From Thermoproteota archaeon (GTDB taxonomy: Archaea; Korarchaeota; Korarchaeia; Korarchaeales; Korarchaeaceae): a stretch of DNA of 64,000 nucleotides. This document shows positions 8,153 through 17,816 of this stretch, in pieces. The notes under the pieces were generated by a model. It did not search any database, was not told where the DNA came from, and was given only the letters and a program-made list of their open reading frames with translations. The stretch's first letter is position 1, and the number at the start of each line of letters is the position of its first letter. Location: contig JALSOH010000006.1 of NCBI GenBank assembly GCA_026986575.1, positions 64,001 to 128,000 on the forward strand. Reading direction: 5' to 3'. Made by a program: the position numbers and the translations under genes.

Positions 8153-10870
8153 TTAATCACTAACATGGGCACCCTCATCAACGACCTCAACTGACGACAC
8201 CTCTCCAGACTTGCTGACCAGTATGGAGTGGGAAGCTATGTCCCTGAACCTAGGAGAGTGCGTGACTACTATCAGCTGAGGTACGTTGAGGGAGGACATG
8301 GTCTCAACCAGCGCACTGATCCTCTCTTCGTCCAGATGGATGGTTGGCTCGTCTAGGAGGAACGTCTCGACCTTCGACATCATGAGAAATCGGGCTATCG
8401 CTAGTCTTAACGCTAGGGCGAGGGATATCTTCTCCCCACCGCTCAACCTGTCGAAAGAGAACACCGTTCTGCCCCGCCTCAGGCTGGGCGTGAAGTCATC
8501 ATCCAGCGTCACGGAGTCGTAGTCGAAGTTGAACGAGCTGAATATGATGTTAAGTTCCTCCTCCACGGCGGGCCTCGCCCTGTCCCTTATCAGGGGCTGG
8601 ATCCCCCTATCCCTGCTGAAGACCTCCCTGACCTTCAGGATCTTCGACCTGAAGACCTCTAACGACTCTTTCTTCCCCATCAACTCCCTCAATCTGGATT
8701 CCTTCTTCCTGAGGATCTCCATCCTCCTATCTATCTCCTCGATCTTCCCCTGAATCTTGCTCCTCTTCTGTGTGAGGGAGTTAAGCCTACTCTTCAGATA
8801 GTCTATCTCTCTCTTGATGGTCTCAAGCTCGGAGGGATCGAAGGAAAGCCCCTCTATCTCCCTCTGGAGGGACAAGAGTTCTTCTTCCAATTCAAGCTTC
8901 CTCTTCTCCAGTTCTTTCACCTCAGAGGCAATTCCGTCCTTAGTGGACAGGATACCTCTGAGTCTCTGCACCTCCTTCACAGCGGAAAGGGCCTCCCTGT
9001 ATTCCCTCTCAACAGACTCCAGTTCCAAGCCCAAGGACGTGAGTTTCTCTTCCAAATTCTTCTTGAGCCTCTCCAACTTATCTCTCAATTTATTCACGTC
9101 TCTTTCACCTAGCTCATCTTTAATCTCCTCTATCCTGCTTAGCAGGGCTTCCCTTTCCGCGAGATCCCTCCTGAGGGACTCGAGCTCAGCCCTCATCCCG
9201 CTCAGGCGAGACACCTTCTCCCTCAGCGGGACTATCTTCTCCTTAAGGGAGGCAATCTGATCTCTGATCTCGGATACCTCCCTCTCCAAGGACTCCAGCT
9301 CACTCTCCTTGGCGACGATCCCCTCCAAGTTGAAGGAGCTCAGCCCCTTGTATTTCGATAAGATGTTTTCCCTTCTCTCCCTGATGGACCTCAGCCCCCT
9401 CTCCTTATCCATTATCAGGGAATCTACTTCCTTTATCTCGCGCCTCATCTCATCCTTCAACCTCTCCACAGAATCAGGATCCAGCTTGGACCCGCAGAGA
9501 GGACATCTATCCACATCTCCCTCCAGATCTGATAAATACCGGGATGCCTGTTCCCTCCTCTGAAGCAATCTGGACCTCTCCTCAGTGATTTTGCTTAATT
9601 CTCTGTCCAAGTAGTCCAGCTCATTCTCTAACTTGGAAAGTTCCTCGGCGAGGACCCTTCCACCCTCCTCCGCATCCTCTATCCACCTGCCAAGCAGCTC
9701 GGACAGGCTTGAGAGGGCCTCCTTGATCTCACGCCTGTACTCTGCCATCCTGCGCTCTAGCTGAGATCTCTTACTCTCTAGCTGCCTAAGGCGTTCCTCC
9801 ATGCTGGCTAGGAGGACCTCCTCCTGCTGGAGCCTTTCAATTTCCCTGCTGAGTTGGGACACCTTCTCCCTCAGGATGCTCAAAGAGGAGATCCTCTCCT
9901 TATACTTCGAGAGTTCCTGTCGCATCTTCTCTAAACGCCTGACCTCCTCTTCCAGCGGAACTATCTCAGCCAAGAGACCCCTCACGTACTCGAGCTCCTC
10001 GTACTTGGAGGCCTTGATCTCCAGATCTCTCATTCGAAGGAGCTCACGCTCCAGATCCATCAATCTCCTCTTCTTAACATCGAGCTGGTTCGATACCTCG
10101 CTGAGTCTCCTCCTCAAGGACTCTTCCTTGGCCTTGAGCTCCCTGTACCTGAGGTTCTTGTGTTCCAATTCCTCTCTAGTTTTCTCCAGCCTCTCCATCT
10201 CCTTATTCAGGAGTTCCCCCTCCCTCGAGGTTTTCTGAAGTTCCTCCAGCAGTTCCTCCCTCTCGGATTCTAGGGACGCTCTTTCTTTGAAGACATCCCC
10301 GATACCCTTGATCTCACTATCTATCGACTGGAGATCAGCGTTCAAGCGACTTATCACATCTCTCAGCTCCTCCCATATCCTCTCCAGCATCTCTATGCCG
10401 AGAAGCCTCCCCACCAACTCCTTCCTTCTCGAAGGAGTCTGTTCGAGGAGCTGGGCTATCTCGCCCTGCCTGACGTAGATGGCTTGGAGGAATGTCTCCC
10501 TGCTTATGCCCAGCAGGGCCTCGATCTGCCTGTTCACCTTACTTTGATCCCTCTGGAGGAGCCTTCTCCCATCGGTCACATCGTATATGGAGGCCGATGA
10601 AATTCCACCCCTTTCCCTCTCCCTGATCAGGAGGTATCTCCGGCCGCCCAGCTCGAACTCGAGTTGAACCCTCATCCTGCGCGCGCCGGATCTGATCAGG
10701 TTCTCCTGCTTGCCCACGCTCTTGGGATACAGGGCATAGGCTATTGCCTCTAGTATGGTCGTTTTACCCGCGCCGTTCTCTCCTATTATCGCATTTATCC
10801 CCTCAGAGAACGTCACCTCCGTCTTCTCGTGCGAACCGAAGTTCTCCAGTACCAAACACTTTATCCTCAT
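8153..10870 (-). CDS. rad50: DNA double-strand break repair ATPase Rad50
   Basis: GENGAGKTT, Q-loop VRQGEI, coiled coils with CPLC zinc hook, LSGGE, LLDEPT, VTH; start at ATG 10870. Confidence 0.95.
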   Translation of the reverse strand: MRIKCLVLENFGSHEKTEVTFSEGINAIIGENGAGKTTILEAIAYALYPKSVGKQENLIRSGARRMRVQLEFELGGRRYLLIRERERGGISSASIYDVTDGRRLLQRDQSKVNRQIEALLGISRETFLQAIYVRQGEIAQLLEQTPSRRKELVGRLLGIEMLERIWEELRDVISRLNADLQSIDSEIKGIGDVFKERASLESEREELLEELQKTSREGELLNKEMERLEKTREELEHKNLRYRELKAKEESLRRRLSEVSNQLDVKKRRLMDLERELLRMRDLEIKASKYEELEYVRGLLAEIVPLEEEVRRLEKMRQELSKYKERISSLSILREKVSQLSREIERLQQEEVLLASMEERLRQLESKRSQLERRMAEYRREIKEALSSLSELLGRWIEDAEEGGRVLAEELSKLENELDYLDRELSKITEERSRLLQRREQASRYLSDLEGDVDRCPLCGSKLDPDSVERLKDEMRREIKEVDSLIMDKERGLRSIRERRENILSKYKGLSSFNLEGIVAKESELESLEREVSEIRDQIASLKEKIVPLREKVSRLSGMRAELESLRRDLAEREALLSRIEEIKDELGERDVNKLRDKLERLKKNLEEKLTSLGLELESVEREYREALSAVKEVQRLRGILSTKDGIASEVKELEKRKLELEEELLSLQREIEGLSFDPSELETIKREIDYLKSRLNSLTQKRSKIQGKIEEIDRRMEILRKKESRLRELMGKKESLEVFRSKILKVREVFSRDRGIQPLIRDRARPAVEEELNIIFSSFNFDYDSVTLDDDFTPSLRRGRTVFSFDRLSGGEKISLALALRLAIARFLMMSKVETFLLDEPTIHLDEERISALVETMSSLNVPQLIVVTHSPRFRDIASHSILVSKSGEVSSVEVVDEGAHVSD

Positions 10871-12054
10871 GATCCCTCCTCCATGAGGCCGAGGACTCCT
10901 TTGACGAACGCCTCTCCCCTCTTGCCCTCTCTGTACCACAGATCGAAGATTCTCAGGGCCAGAGATCGTACCTCTTGGTCCAGATCTAGGGATGCTATGG
11001 CGTTCTGGACCAGCTCCTCCAGACCGACCCCGGTGAGGAGGCCCTTCTCCTCATCCTCCTCCGTGATCCTGCTCTCCCTGATGATCACGTAGAGGGAGAG
11101 GTCCATCAGGGCCCTCCTGATCTCGAGGGTGGGTACGCCCGGCCTCACGTCCTCCTTCAATGAGAGCTTTCCATATACCACGGGCCTCTCATCGAACTCT
11201 TGGGACGATAACTGCTTTTTCAATCTCTCTATCAGGACGTATAGGTCTTGGATATTGCTCAGGGTCTCGGAGAAGTAGATGAATGGCCTAGTCCTCAACC
11301 TCAGCTCCTCCACATCGATGCCGTCCCTGTCTATCTCCACGGAGAGCACGTACTTCCCCTCTCCAGCCAGAGGGATCTCCCTAGTCTCTATGACCTCCGT
11401 GGATCCCGAGTAGGCGAACACTCTGTTGCCGCTCCTCCTGACCACCTTGTTGTGATAGTGGCCCATGGCCACATAGTCGAAGGAACTCTTGGCTATCTCG
11501 GAGAAATCGACCTCCGGGTAGATGGCCTTTATCATCCCCTTCACACCCTGATGGAGCATCAAAACCTTGGGACAGCTCTCGCAGAGACTCTTGGCTTTCC
11601 TGTCCAGGCTCTCCACCGTGTCAGCTATCTTGACTCCCTTGCTGGCGTAGGGGGCACCGGCCACCACTATATCACCGATCCTGACCGCGCCGGGCCCCAA
11701 CCTCACGAAAAGCTTCCCGTACCCCAACCTCTCGAAGAGCTTCCTCAGGTTTATCAGAGGTGAGGTCATCCTCCTCCTGACGGTATCCGGTCCCAGCTCG
11801 TGATTTCCCTCTATTATCGCGATAGGGATGCCCTTCTCCACTATCCTCAGCAGGCCCTCAAAGGCCCTCACGAAGGCCCTGGGATGGGGCCTGTAGCTGT
11901 CGAAGAGGTCCCCGGTATGTATCACCAGATCGGGATCCTGCTGGAGCGCCAGATTCACAGCCATGTCGAACGCCTTGTAGAGGTCCTCCTCCCTCTCGGC
12001 CAGATGGAACTGGGCCTTCCCGAGGTGGTTATCGGACATGTGGACGATCCTCAA
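10867..12054 (-). CDS. mre11: Mre11 nuclease
   Basis: SDNHLG, TGDLFD, GNHE, LHQ, MGHYH, YSGS; probable TTG start at 12054. Confidence 0.93.
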   Translation of the reverse strand: MRIVHMSDNHLGKAQFHLAEREEDLYKAFDMAVNLALQQDPDLVIHTGDLFDSYRPHPRAFVRAFEGLLRIVEKGIPIAIIEGNHELGPDTVRRRMTSPLINLRKLFERLGYGKLFVRLGPGAVRIGDIVVAGAPYASKGVKIADTVESLDRKAKSLCESCPKVLMLHQGVKGMIKAIYPEVDFSEIAKSSFDYVAMGHYHNKVVRRSGNRVFAYSGSTEVIETREIPLAGEGKYVLSVEIDRDGIDVEELRLRTRPFIYFSETLSNIQDLYVLIERLKKQLSSQEFDERPVVYGKLSLKEDVRPGVPTLEIRRALMDLSLYVIIRESRITEEDEEKGLLTGVGLEELVQNAIASLDLDQEVRSLALRIFDLWYREGKRGEAFVKGVLGLMEEGS

Positions 12055-12056
12055 GT

Positions 12057-13658
12057 TTACCCCCCTATGGAGTCGTAGTACTCGTCGGGAGATGCGCTCA
12101 ACCTCTTCTTCAGACCTTCCCTCCACATCTCATAGGCCTTCATGCTCTCCCCTCCCCTCTTCCCCTCGAACAGCCTCACCTTGACCAGCGCCGGTATCCT
12201 CACCATCGGCCCCACCACCACGGCCTCACCGACATCGAGGGAGGGGAGGTATGAGACCATCTCCTCACTCAGGAATTCGGTGGCCCTCCTCACGTATGCT
12301 TGGTCCTCGGGTTCCACGACCCTCAGTATGATCTTGTTGACCATCTGGGAGAGGACATCGGAGTTGAGCCTCTTGGGCCTCTGGCTGACGAGGCAGAGAC
12401 CGACTCCGAACTTCCTGCCTTCCTTGGCTATGGATGCTGCTGCTGACGACGTGTAGGTATGCTCTACCGATGGTATGAGGGCGTGAGCCTCCTCCAAGAC
12501 CGCGAAGACTGGAGTTGGGAAGTCCTCGTACCCCCTTCCTATCCTCTTCAGCTTCGCCCTCATGAGGATGGTGTACAGCGTCTTCCCCACCACGATGTCG
12601 GTGAGATCCGAATCCAACTGACCCAGATCCACTATCACCAACTTCCCGTAGTTCAGGTGGTCCACCAACTCGCCAGCAGCCGGTCTGAGGACCCTCCCGT
12701 ACTTCGACCTCACGAAGTCCACCTTAGCCAAAAGGCTCTCAATGCTCCCTCTGTCATTGCTCGGAAATGCTATGAGGAATCTGTCATCGGAATCCTTCTC
12801 CCTTAGGGACAGCTGTATTATGGCCTGCATGCCGGCCAAGAGGTCATCCATCTCAGCTTCGATCTCAGTCCTCCTAAGGTACTCTCCAAGCCTCTCCCTG
12901 ATGAGGAGCTCCTTGGCCCTCCTGTAAGCGGCCTTCAGGTAGATGAACTGCTTGGGTGCATTATCGTAGGTAACTCCCAGCAGACTACCAAGCTCCTCGA
13001 CTGTAAGAGTGTTGGGATCAAGGACGGGATCCACAGTCTCTACCTCGCAGTGGGGACATCCTAACGTCATGCCCGTGTACTCCGAATGCACATCGAACAG
13101 TATGGCCACGCCACCCATCCTGACTATCTCCTCCAAGATCACGGCCACCGAGTTGGACTTACCGCCACCAGTAACGGCCAGCACGGCTAGATGCCTCGAG
13201 ATAAGCTCATCTGGATCCAAATGGACGACTACATCGCCCCTCGTGAGGAGCTTCCCCAGCTTTATCCCCTCTCTACCCTCAGGCGGGGCGAAGATCCTCC
13301 TCAAGAGGTCTGCTGGGGCCTTCCTCACGAGAGCCCCCGTTGGAGGAGGCGCCCTGGGGAGGCCAGCTAACTCGCTCCTCGAGAGCACCCCTATCATCCT
13401 TATAGTCGCCTTCAACCAGTCGGATGGTGATCCTACCACTTCTAGTATCGTATCGTAATAATTTGCTTGGAGGAGATCGCTCCTAGCTAGCTCCAACGCC
13501 CCCCTAACCACGTTACTGACCATGCCTAGCAACTGGGACTCCTCGCTGTCTATCACAACGTAGTCCCCCACCTTAGGCACCACACCAGCATAGGCTATCA
13601 TCTCGGCCTGCACGGGCGTGGAGTTGGGGGCAATTCTTCCCAAAACGTCACTCTCCAA
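12057..13658 (-). CDS. herA: HerA bipolar helicase/translocase
   Basis: HAS barrel, RHLAVLAVTGGGKS, FDVHSEY, LEEAH, KEGRKFG, SQRP. Confidence 0.93.
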   Translation of the reverse strand: MESDVLGRIAPNSTPVQAEMIAYAGVVPKVGDYVVIDSEESQLLGMVSNVVRGALELARSDLLQANYYDTILEVVGSPSDWLKATIRMIGVLSRSELAGLPRAPPPTGALVRKAPADLLRRIFAPPEGREGIKLGKLLTRGDVVVHLDPDELISRHLAVLAVTGGGKSNSVAVILEEIVRMGGVAILFDVHSEYTGMTLGCPHCEVETVDPVLDPNTLTVEELGSLLGVTYDNAPKQFIYLKAAYRRAKELLIRERLGEYLRRTEIEAEMDDLLAGMQAIIQLSLREKDSDDRFLIAFPSNDRGSIESLLAKVDFVRSKYGRVLRPAAGELVDHLNYGKLVIVDLGQLDSDLTDIVVGKTLYTILMRAKLKRIGRGYEDFPTPVFAVLEEAHALIPSVEHTYTSSAAASIAKEGRKFGVGLCLVSQRPKRLNSDVLSQMVNKIILRVVEPEDQAYVRRATEFLSEEMVSYLPSLDVGEAVVVGPMVRIPALVKVRLFEGKRGGESMKAYEMWREGLKKRLSASPDEYYDSIGG

Positions 13659-14775
13659 GCCTCTCCCTCCCACTCACCTCTGGAACTAGGAGGTTCCTCG
13701 CTAGGTGGGACATGAGATCCCTTCCTATCTTGGCGAGCTCGTGTACCCTCCTCAGGTGGTAAGGATAGCCCCTCACCGAGTACTTGGCCAGAGAACCCAG
13801 CAACTCTTCCAAGAACGATTCATCAGCATCCCCGACCACCTCCACCCTCAAGGGGTTGGTGGCCGTCTCGAGCCTAGCGTAGGTCAGCATGATCCGGTAG
13901 GTATCATCGATTCCTGAGTACTGCGGAAATCGAAGTTCAGCCGACTTTGGACTCAGATAACCTGATTCCAGGCTGGTATACCTCCTCACGACCTCCATAT
14001 CGGGTAGGCGCGAGTTAAAGTACAGCCTGCTACCTGACCTCTTCGCCACAGCCACCAGAGTCCCCCTTCCCCTTCTCAGGAGTTCGTTCAGGCTGGAGAG
14101 AACCTCGTACCTCTCTATGAAGGCCATCGCCCTCTTAACCTCGTCCCTCTCGGGTGGCCTCCCCTTCTCATCCTCCAACACCGAGCTCACGATCTCTTCT
14201 ATTCTGCTCGAGATGTCCATGAGGTGCGTGTGGGAGACCAGTCCTTGGGTGAGGTCCACCCCTAAGGCCGACTCAACCTCCCTCAAGATCCTCCTCATGG
14301 GGTAGGGTACCTTCTGACCGTAAGGGGTGGACCACAAACCCCTGTCGACCATAGCCAAGAAGGAGCCGTCCATGAGCAGGATTTCCGGCTCGAGCTCCAA
14401 GGATCTGAGAGCCATCTTGACCTCCATGGTCTCCCGGCAGAAGGAGACCCTCTCCCTGTAGTGATAATCGTCCATCACCCCTATCTGGTACTTCCTAGCG
14501 ACCACGGGCTCGCTATCCTTCATGAAGAGGGAAGCTGAGACCACGAAGATGATCTGGCCTAGGGTGAAGTAGTCGCTGTTGTTGCTCCCATCGATGGCAG
14601 CTATCCTCTCTATCTCCCCCCGCCCTATACCGCCCCTCCACTCCCTCCTTATCACCGAGAGCAGGGCATCACCTTCCACTCCGCTTTTTGGGAAGAGAAA
14701 GGAGGACACCCGTGATCTGGCCTCGATTACTGCCTCCTCTATCGACTCAAAGGGCAGTCCTGACTCAACCACCAT
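13648..14775 (-). CDS. nurA: NurA 5'-3' nuclease
   Basis: AAIDGS, LMDGS, AKRSGSR, GYPYHLRRVHELAKI; directly upstream of herA. Confidence 0.9.
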   Translation of the reverse strand: MVVESGLPFESIEEAVIEARSRVSSFLFPKSGVEGDALLSVIRREWRGGIGRGEIERIAAIDGSNNSDYFTLGQIIFVVSASLFMKDSEPVVARKYQIGVMDDYHYRERVSFCRETMEVKMALRSLELEPEILLMDGSFLAMVDRGLWSTPYGQKVPYPMRRILREVESALGVDLTQGLVSHTHLMDISSRIEEIVSSVLEDEKGRPPERDEVKRAMAFIERYEVLSSLNELLRRGRGTLVAVAKRSGSRLYFNSRLPDMEVVRRYTSLESGYLSPKSAELRFPQYSGIDDTYRIMLTYARLETATNPLRVEVVGDADESFLEELLGSLAKYSVRGYPYHLRRVHELAKIGRDLMSHLARNLLVPEVSGRERLGE

Positions 14776-14835
14776 TCCAGCTAACTTACGACTGCTAAAT
14801 TTTAACGTGTTCCCGTGATTACCCGGGGGGATAAT

Positions 14836-16218
14836 TTGGGAGAGCTGGACGTCTTCTTCAAGCCGAGGTCAGTGGCTGTCATAGGCGCATCGAGGAACCC
14901 TGAGAGAGTTGGACACGTCATTCTGAAGAGGCTGATAGAGATAGGGTTCCCGGGGAGGATATATCCCGTGAATCCGAAGGCGGACGAGATACTGGGGCTC
15001 AAGTGCTACCCTAGGGTCTCGGACATACCTGACGACATCGACCTGGCGGTCATAGCTCTGAGGGCCGACCTCACCCCCTCCGCTCTAGAAGAAGCGGCTG
15101 AGAAGGGAGCCAAGGGCGCTATCGTGGTGTCAGGGGGATTCTCCGAGATAGGGAATGAGTACTTGGAGAGGGAACTGCTGGAGGTGGCCAAGAAGCATGG
15201 AGTGAGGGTGATAGGCCCGAACTGCTTGGGGGTCTTCGACCCCAAGGACAGGATAGATACTCTATTCTTACCTGAGGAGGTCATACCCCGGCCACGCCCC
15301 GGGGAGGTCTCAATAATCACGCAAAGCGGAAGCTTGGGGAGCACCCTCCTCACGATGATCAGGAAGGAGGGGAGAGGGATAAGCAAGTTCGTGAGCTACG
15401 GCAACAGGCTGGATGTGGATGAGGGGGATCTGATCCTGTACCTAGCAGAGGACGATGACACCAAGGTCATCGCGGCCTACATAGAGGGTGTAGCCGACGG
15501 GAGGAAGTTCATGGACTCCATAAGGAAGGCTTCGAAGAGGAAACCCGTGGTCGTTCTCAAGGGAGGGAGGACCTCGTCCGGAGATAGGGCCGTGAGGAGC
15601 CACACGGGATCCCTTGCTGGGAGGAGCGATATATTCCAGGCAGCGGTTCTCCAGAGCGGCGGGATCTTGGTCAGCACTTTGAACGAGTTCGTGGACGTTC
15701 CGGTGGCCTTGGCGACCCAGCCACCCATGTTCGGGGACAGAGTAGCAGTACTGACGAACGGGGGCGGATTCGGGATACTGGCAGTGGATGCCTTGGAGAT
15801 GAGGGGCTTCAGGGTGACTCCCCCCTCTGAACAGTTGATGAGGAAATTGAGGGAAATGCTCCCCCCATACTACCCCGTGGGCAATCCGACGGACCTTACC
15901 GGCGACTCTACACCGGAGCAGTTCTTAGAGACCGGACTAGCCTTTGTTGAGAGCGGTGAATATGATGCCCTGTTCCTCATACCCCTGTTCGGGGTTCCCG
16001 GGATGGTTCCGGACAAGACTGAGAGGCTATTGCTAGAGTTGGTTGAGAGATCCAACATACCCGTGGTGGCCACTACAGTCCCTACAACCTCTGAAGTCGA
16101 GGAGGTACTTCACAGGATGGAGAAGAGAGGGCTACCGATCTACCCGACTCCAGAGAGGGCAGCTGCCGCACTTTACGGGCTCAGGCAGTACGGTCGCTCG
16201 GTAGCCCGATCTCGATGA
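14836..16218 (+). CDS. acdA: ADP-forming acyl/acetyl-CoA synthetase alpha subunit
   Basis: PRSVAVIGAS, IGPNCLG, QSGS, SHTGSLAG phospho-His loop, TNGGG, NPTDLTGD. Confidence 0.92.
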   Translation: MGELDVFFKPRSVAVIGASRNPERVGHVILKRLIEIGFPGRIYPVNPKADEILGLKCYPRVSDIPDDIDLAVIALRADLTPSALEEAAEKGAKGAIVVSGGFSEIGNEYLERELLEVAKKHGVRVIGPNCLGVFDPKDRIDTLFLPEEVIPRPRPGEVSIITQSGSLGSTLLTMIRKEGRGISKFVSYGNRLDVDEGDLILYLAEDDDTKVIAAYIEGVADGRKFMDSIRKASKRKPVVVLKGGRTSSGDRAVRSHTGSLAGRSDIFQAAVLQSGGILVSTLNEFVDVPVALATQPPMFGDRVAVLTNGGGFGILAVDALEMRGFRVTPPSEQLMRKLREMLPPYYPVGNPTDLTGDSTPEQFLETGLAFVESGEYDALFLIPLFGVPGMVPDKTERLLLELVERSNIPVVATTVPTTSEVEEVLHRMEKRGLPIYPTPERAAAALYGLRQYGRSVARSR

Positions 16219-16259
16219 ACAAATTTTTTATCCCGTCCCTCGGGGATTCACGGTGATGC

Positions 16260-16970
16260 ATGTTGCCTAGTTTTTGGGAGAGGCTCAAGACGAGCATTGA
16301 GGCCAAGTTGAATAAGCTATTGGACAACTTCGAAGACCCCCGAGAGCAGCTGGATTATGCGTACGACAAGCTCGTGCAGCAGCTCCACGATGTGGAGATG
16401 GCCCTGTCTAGGGCGATCACCGCTAGGAAGAAGCTGGAGTTCGAGCTGGAGAGGATAGATGAGAAGATAGAGGACCTCGATGATAAGGCCAAGAGAGCCC
16501 TCAAGGCCGGTAGGGAAGATCTGGCCAGGAAGGCCCTCGAGAGGAAGCTCGTACTGGTCAGACAGAAGAAGATACTAGAAGAAAGGATAGCTGACATGAA
16601 GGAAGACGAGGAGAAACTGCTGGAGGTGAGGGACAAGCTCAAGACGAAGATAGACCTGTTCAAGGCAAAGAAGGAGCAGCTCAAGGCGGAATACGAGGCC
16701 TCCAAGGCTCAAGTGGAAGTTCAGGAGATGGTCACCGGGCTGTCCGAGGACTTCACATCGGCAGCCGAGATAATAGAGAGGGCCGAGGACAAGGTCAACG
16801 AGATGAAGGCCAGGGCCGCAGCTCTGGACGAGCTGGTTGCTACTGGAGGGGCCCTCGACGTCTTGGAGCCGGAGGAGAAGGACGAGATCGAGAGGGAACT
16901 GGGTAAGATCGAGCTCCAGAGCGAGCTCGAGGAAGAATTGAGGAGGTTGAAGGAGGAAGTTGGGAGCTGA
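16260..16970 (+). CDS. pspA: PspA/IM30 (ESCRT-III superfamily) protein
   Basis: N-terminal amphipathic helix FWERLKTSIEAKLNKLLDNFEDP, ALKAGREDLARKAL, coiled coil, C-terminal ELEEELRRLK. Confidence 0.9.
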   Translation: MLPSFWERLKTSIEAKLNKLLDNFEDPREQLDYAYDKLVQQLHDVEMALSRAITARKKLEFELERIDEKIEDLDDKAKRALKAGREDLARKALERKLVLVRQKKILEERIADMKEDEEKLLEVRDKLKTKIDLFKAKKEQLKAEYEASKAQVEVQEMVTGLSEDFTSAAEIIERAEDKVNEMKARAAALDELVATGGALDVLEPEEKDEIERELGKIELQSELEEELRRLKEEVGS

Positions 16971-16976
16971 TCCCAG

Positions 16977-17384
16977 TTGCCCTCCCTCAGGGATTTTTTA
17001 GCTTACGGAGCAGGAGCTATCCTGATTTTCTTCGGCCTGATCTTCCTGATAGCAAGTTCCTACAACCCCTCTAGGATCGTGCCCGGATTTGCCATGCTGC
17101 TCTTGGGAGGAGCGGCCATATACGCTAATATGATGGTTAAAAGGGCCCAAGCATCCGAGAAACTCCTCGAGGCGAAGGTGATAAGGCTCGCTAGGAGGAA
17201 AGGAGGGTACGTGACCGTCGCAGATGTGGCAGCTGACCTGAACCTCCCAGTCGACACGGCCAAGCAGGTCTTGGAGAGGCTAGAGAGGAAGGGCCTAGCA
17301 TTTCTGGACTTCAAAAGGATAGGAGATGAAGGGGTGGAGGTGTACAGGATACTGGGCACCAGCAGTTCCGATGAGGAATCATGA
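16977..17384 (+). CDS. Two-TM membrane protein with C-terminal winged-helix domain
   Basis: two hydrophobic helices, then VIRLARRKGGYVTVADVAADLNLPVDTAKQVLERLERKG..VYRI. Confidence 0.7.
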   Translation: MPSLRDFLAYGAGAILIFFGLIFLIASSYNPSRIVPGFAMLLLGGAAIYANMMVKRAQASEKLLEAKVIRLARRKGGYVTVADVAADLNLPVDTAKQVLERLERKGLAFLDFKRIGDEGVEVYRILGTSSSDEES

Positions 17385-17708
17385 GACCGGGGTGCCCGGC
17401 GGGACCCTCTTCTCAGGGGTCAACAGGACGGGCCTGCCCTCCCCCACCACCGCAGCGAGAAGCATACCCTGCGACTCCACGCCCATGAACTTCCTCGGTT
17501 GCAGGTTCGTCACGACGACTATCTGCTTACCCACGAGGCTCTCGGGCTCGTAGTACTCTGCTAAGCCCGCGACCAGCTGCCTTCGTTCATTGCCTAAATC
17601 CACTATCAGCTTTACGAGCTTCCTGCTGCCTTCAACTCTCTCCGCCTCTACTATCTCTCCTACCCTCAAATCCAGCTTTTTAAAGTCCGAAAACGAGACA
17701 TAACCCAT
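17379..17708 (-). CDS. Stand-alone tRNA-binding OB-fold (MetRS C-terminal domain/Trbp111/CsaA family)
   Basis: DFKKLDLRVGEI, RQLVAGL, NLQPRKFMGVESQGMLLA. Confidence 0.92.
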   Translation of the reverse strand: MGYVSFSDFKKLDLRVGEIVEAERVEGSRKLVKLIVDLGNERRQLVAGLAEYYEPESLVGKQIVVVTNLQPRKFMGVESQGMLLAAVVGEGRPVLLTPEKRVPPGTPVS

Positions 17709-17816
17709 GGAACCCACCCACTCTACGTGAAAGGTACTATTTTTAAATCAGTAAGAAGGACGTTACTCCTGTAAAGGACCGCTAGAGACGGTCCGAGATA
17801 AGAGGTGAGAAAGGGA

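Noticed and set aside
12057-14775. HerA-NurA as an anti-phage defence system
   Set aside because: Linked to mre11-rad50, so it is the standard archaeal resection machinery
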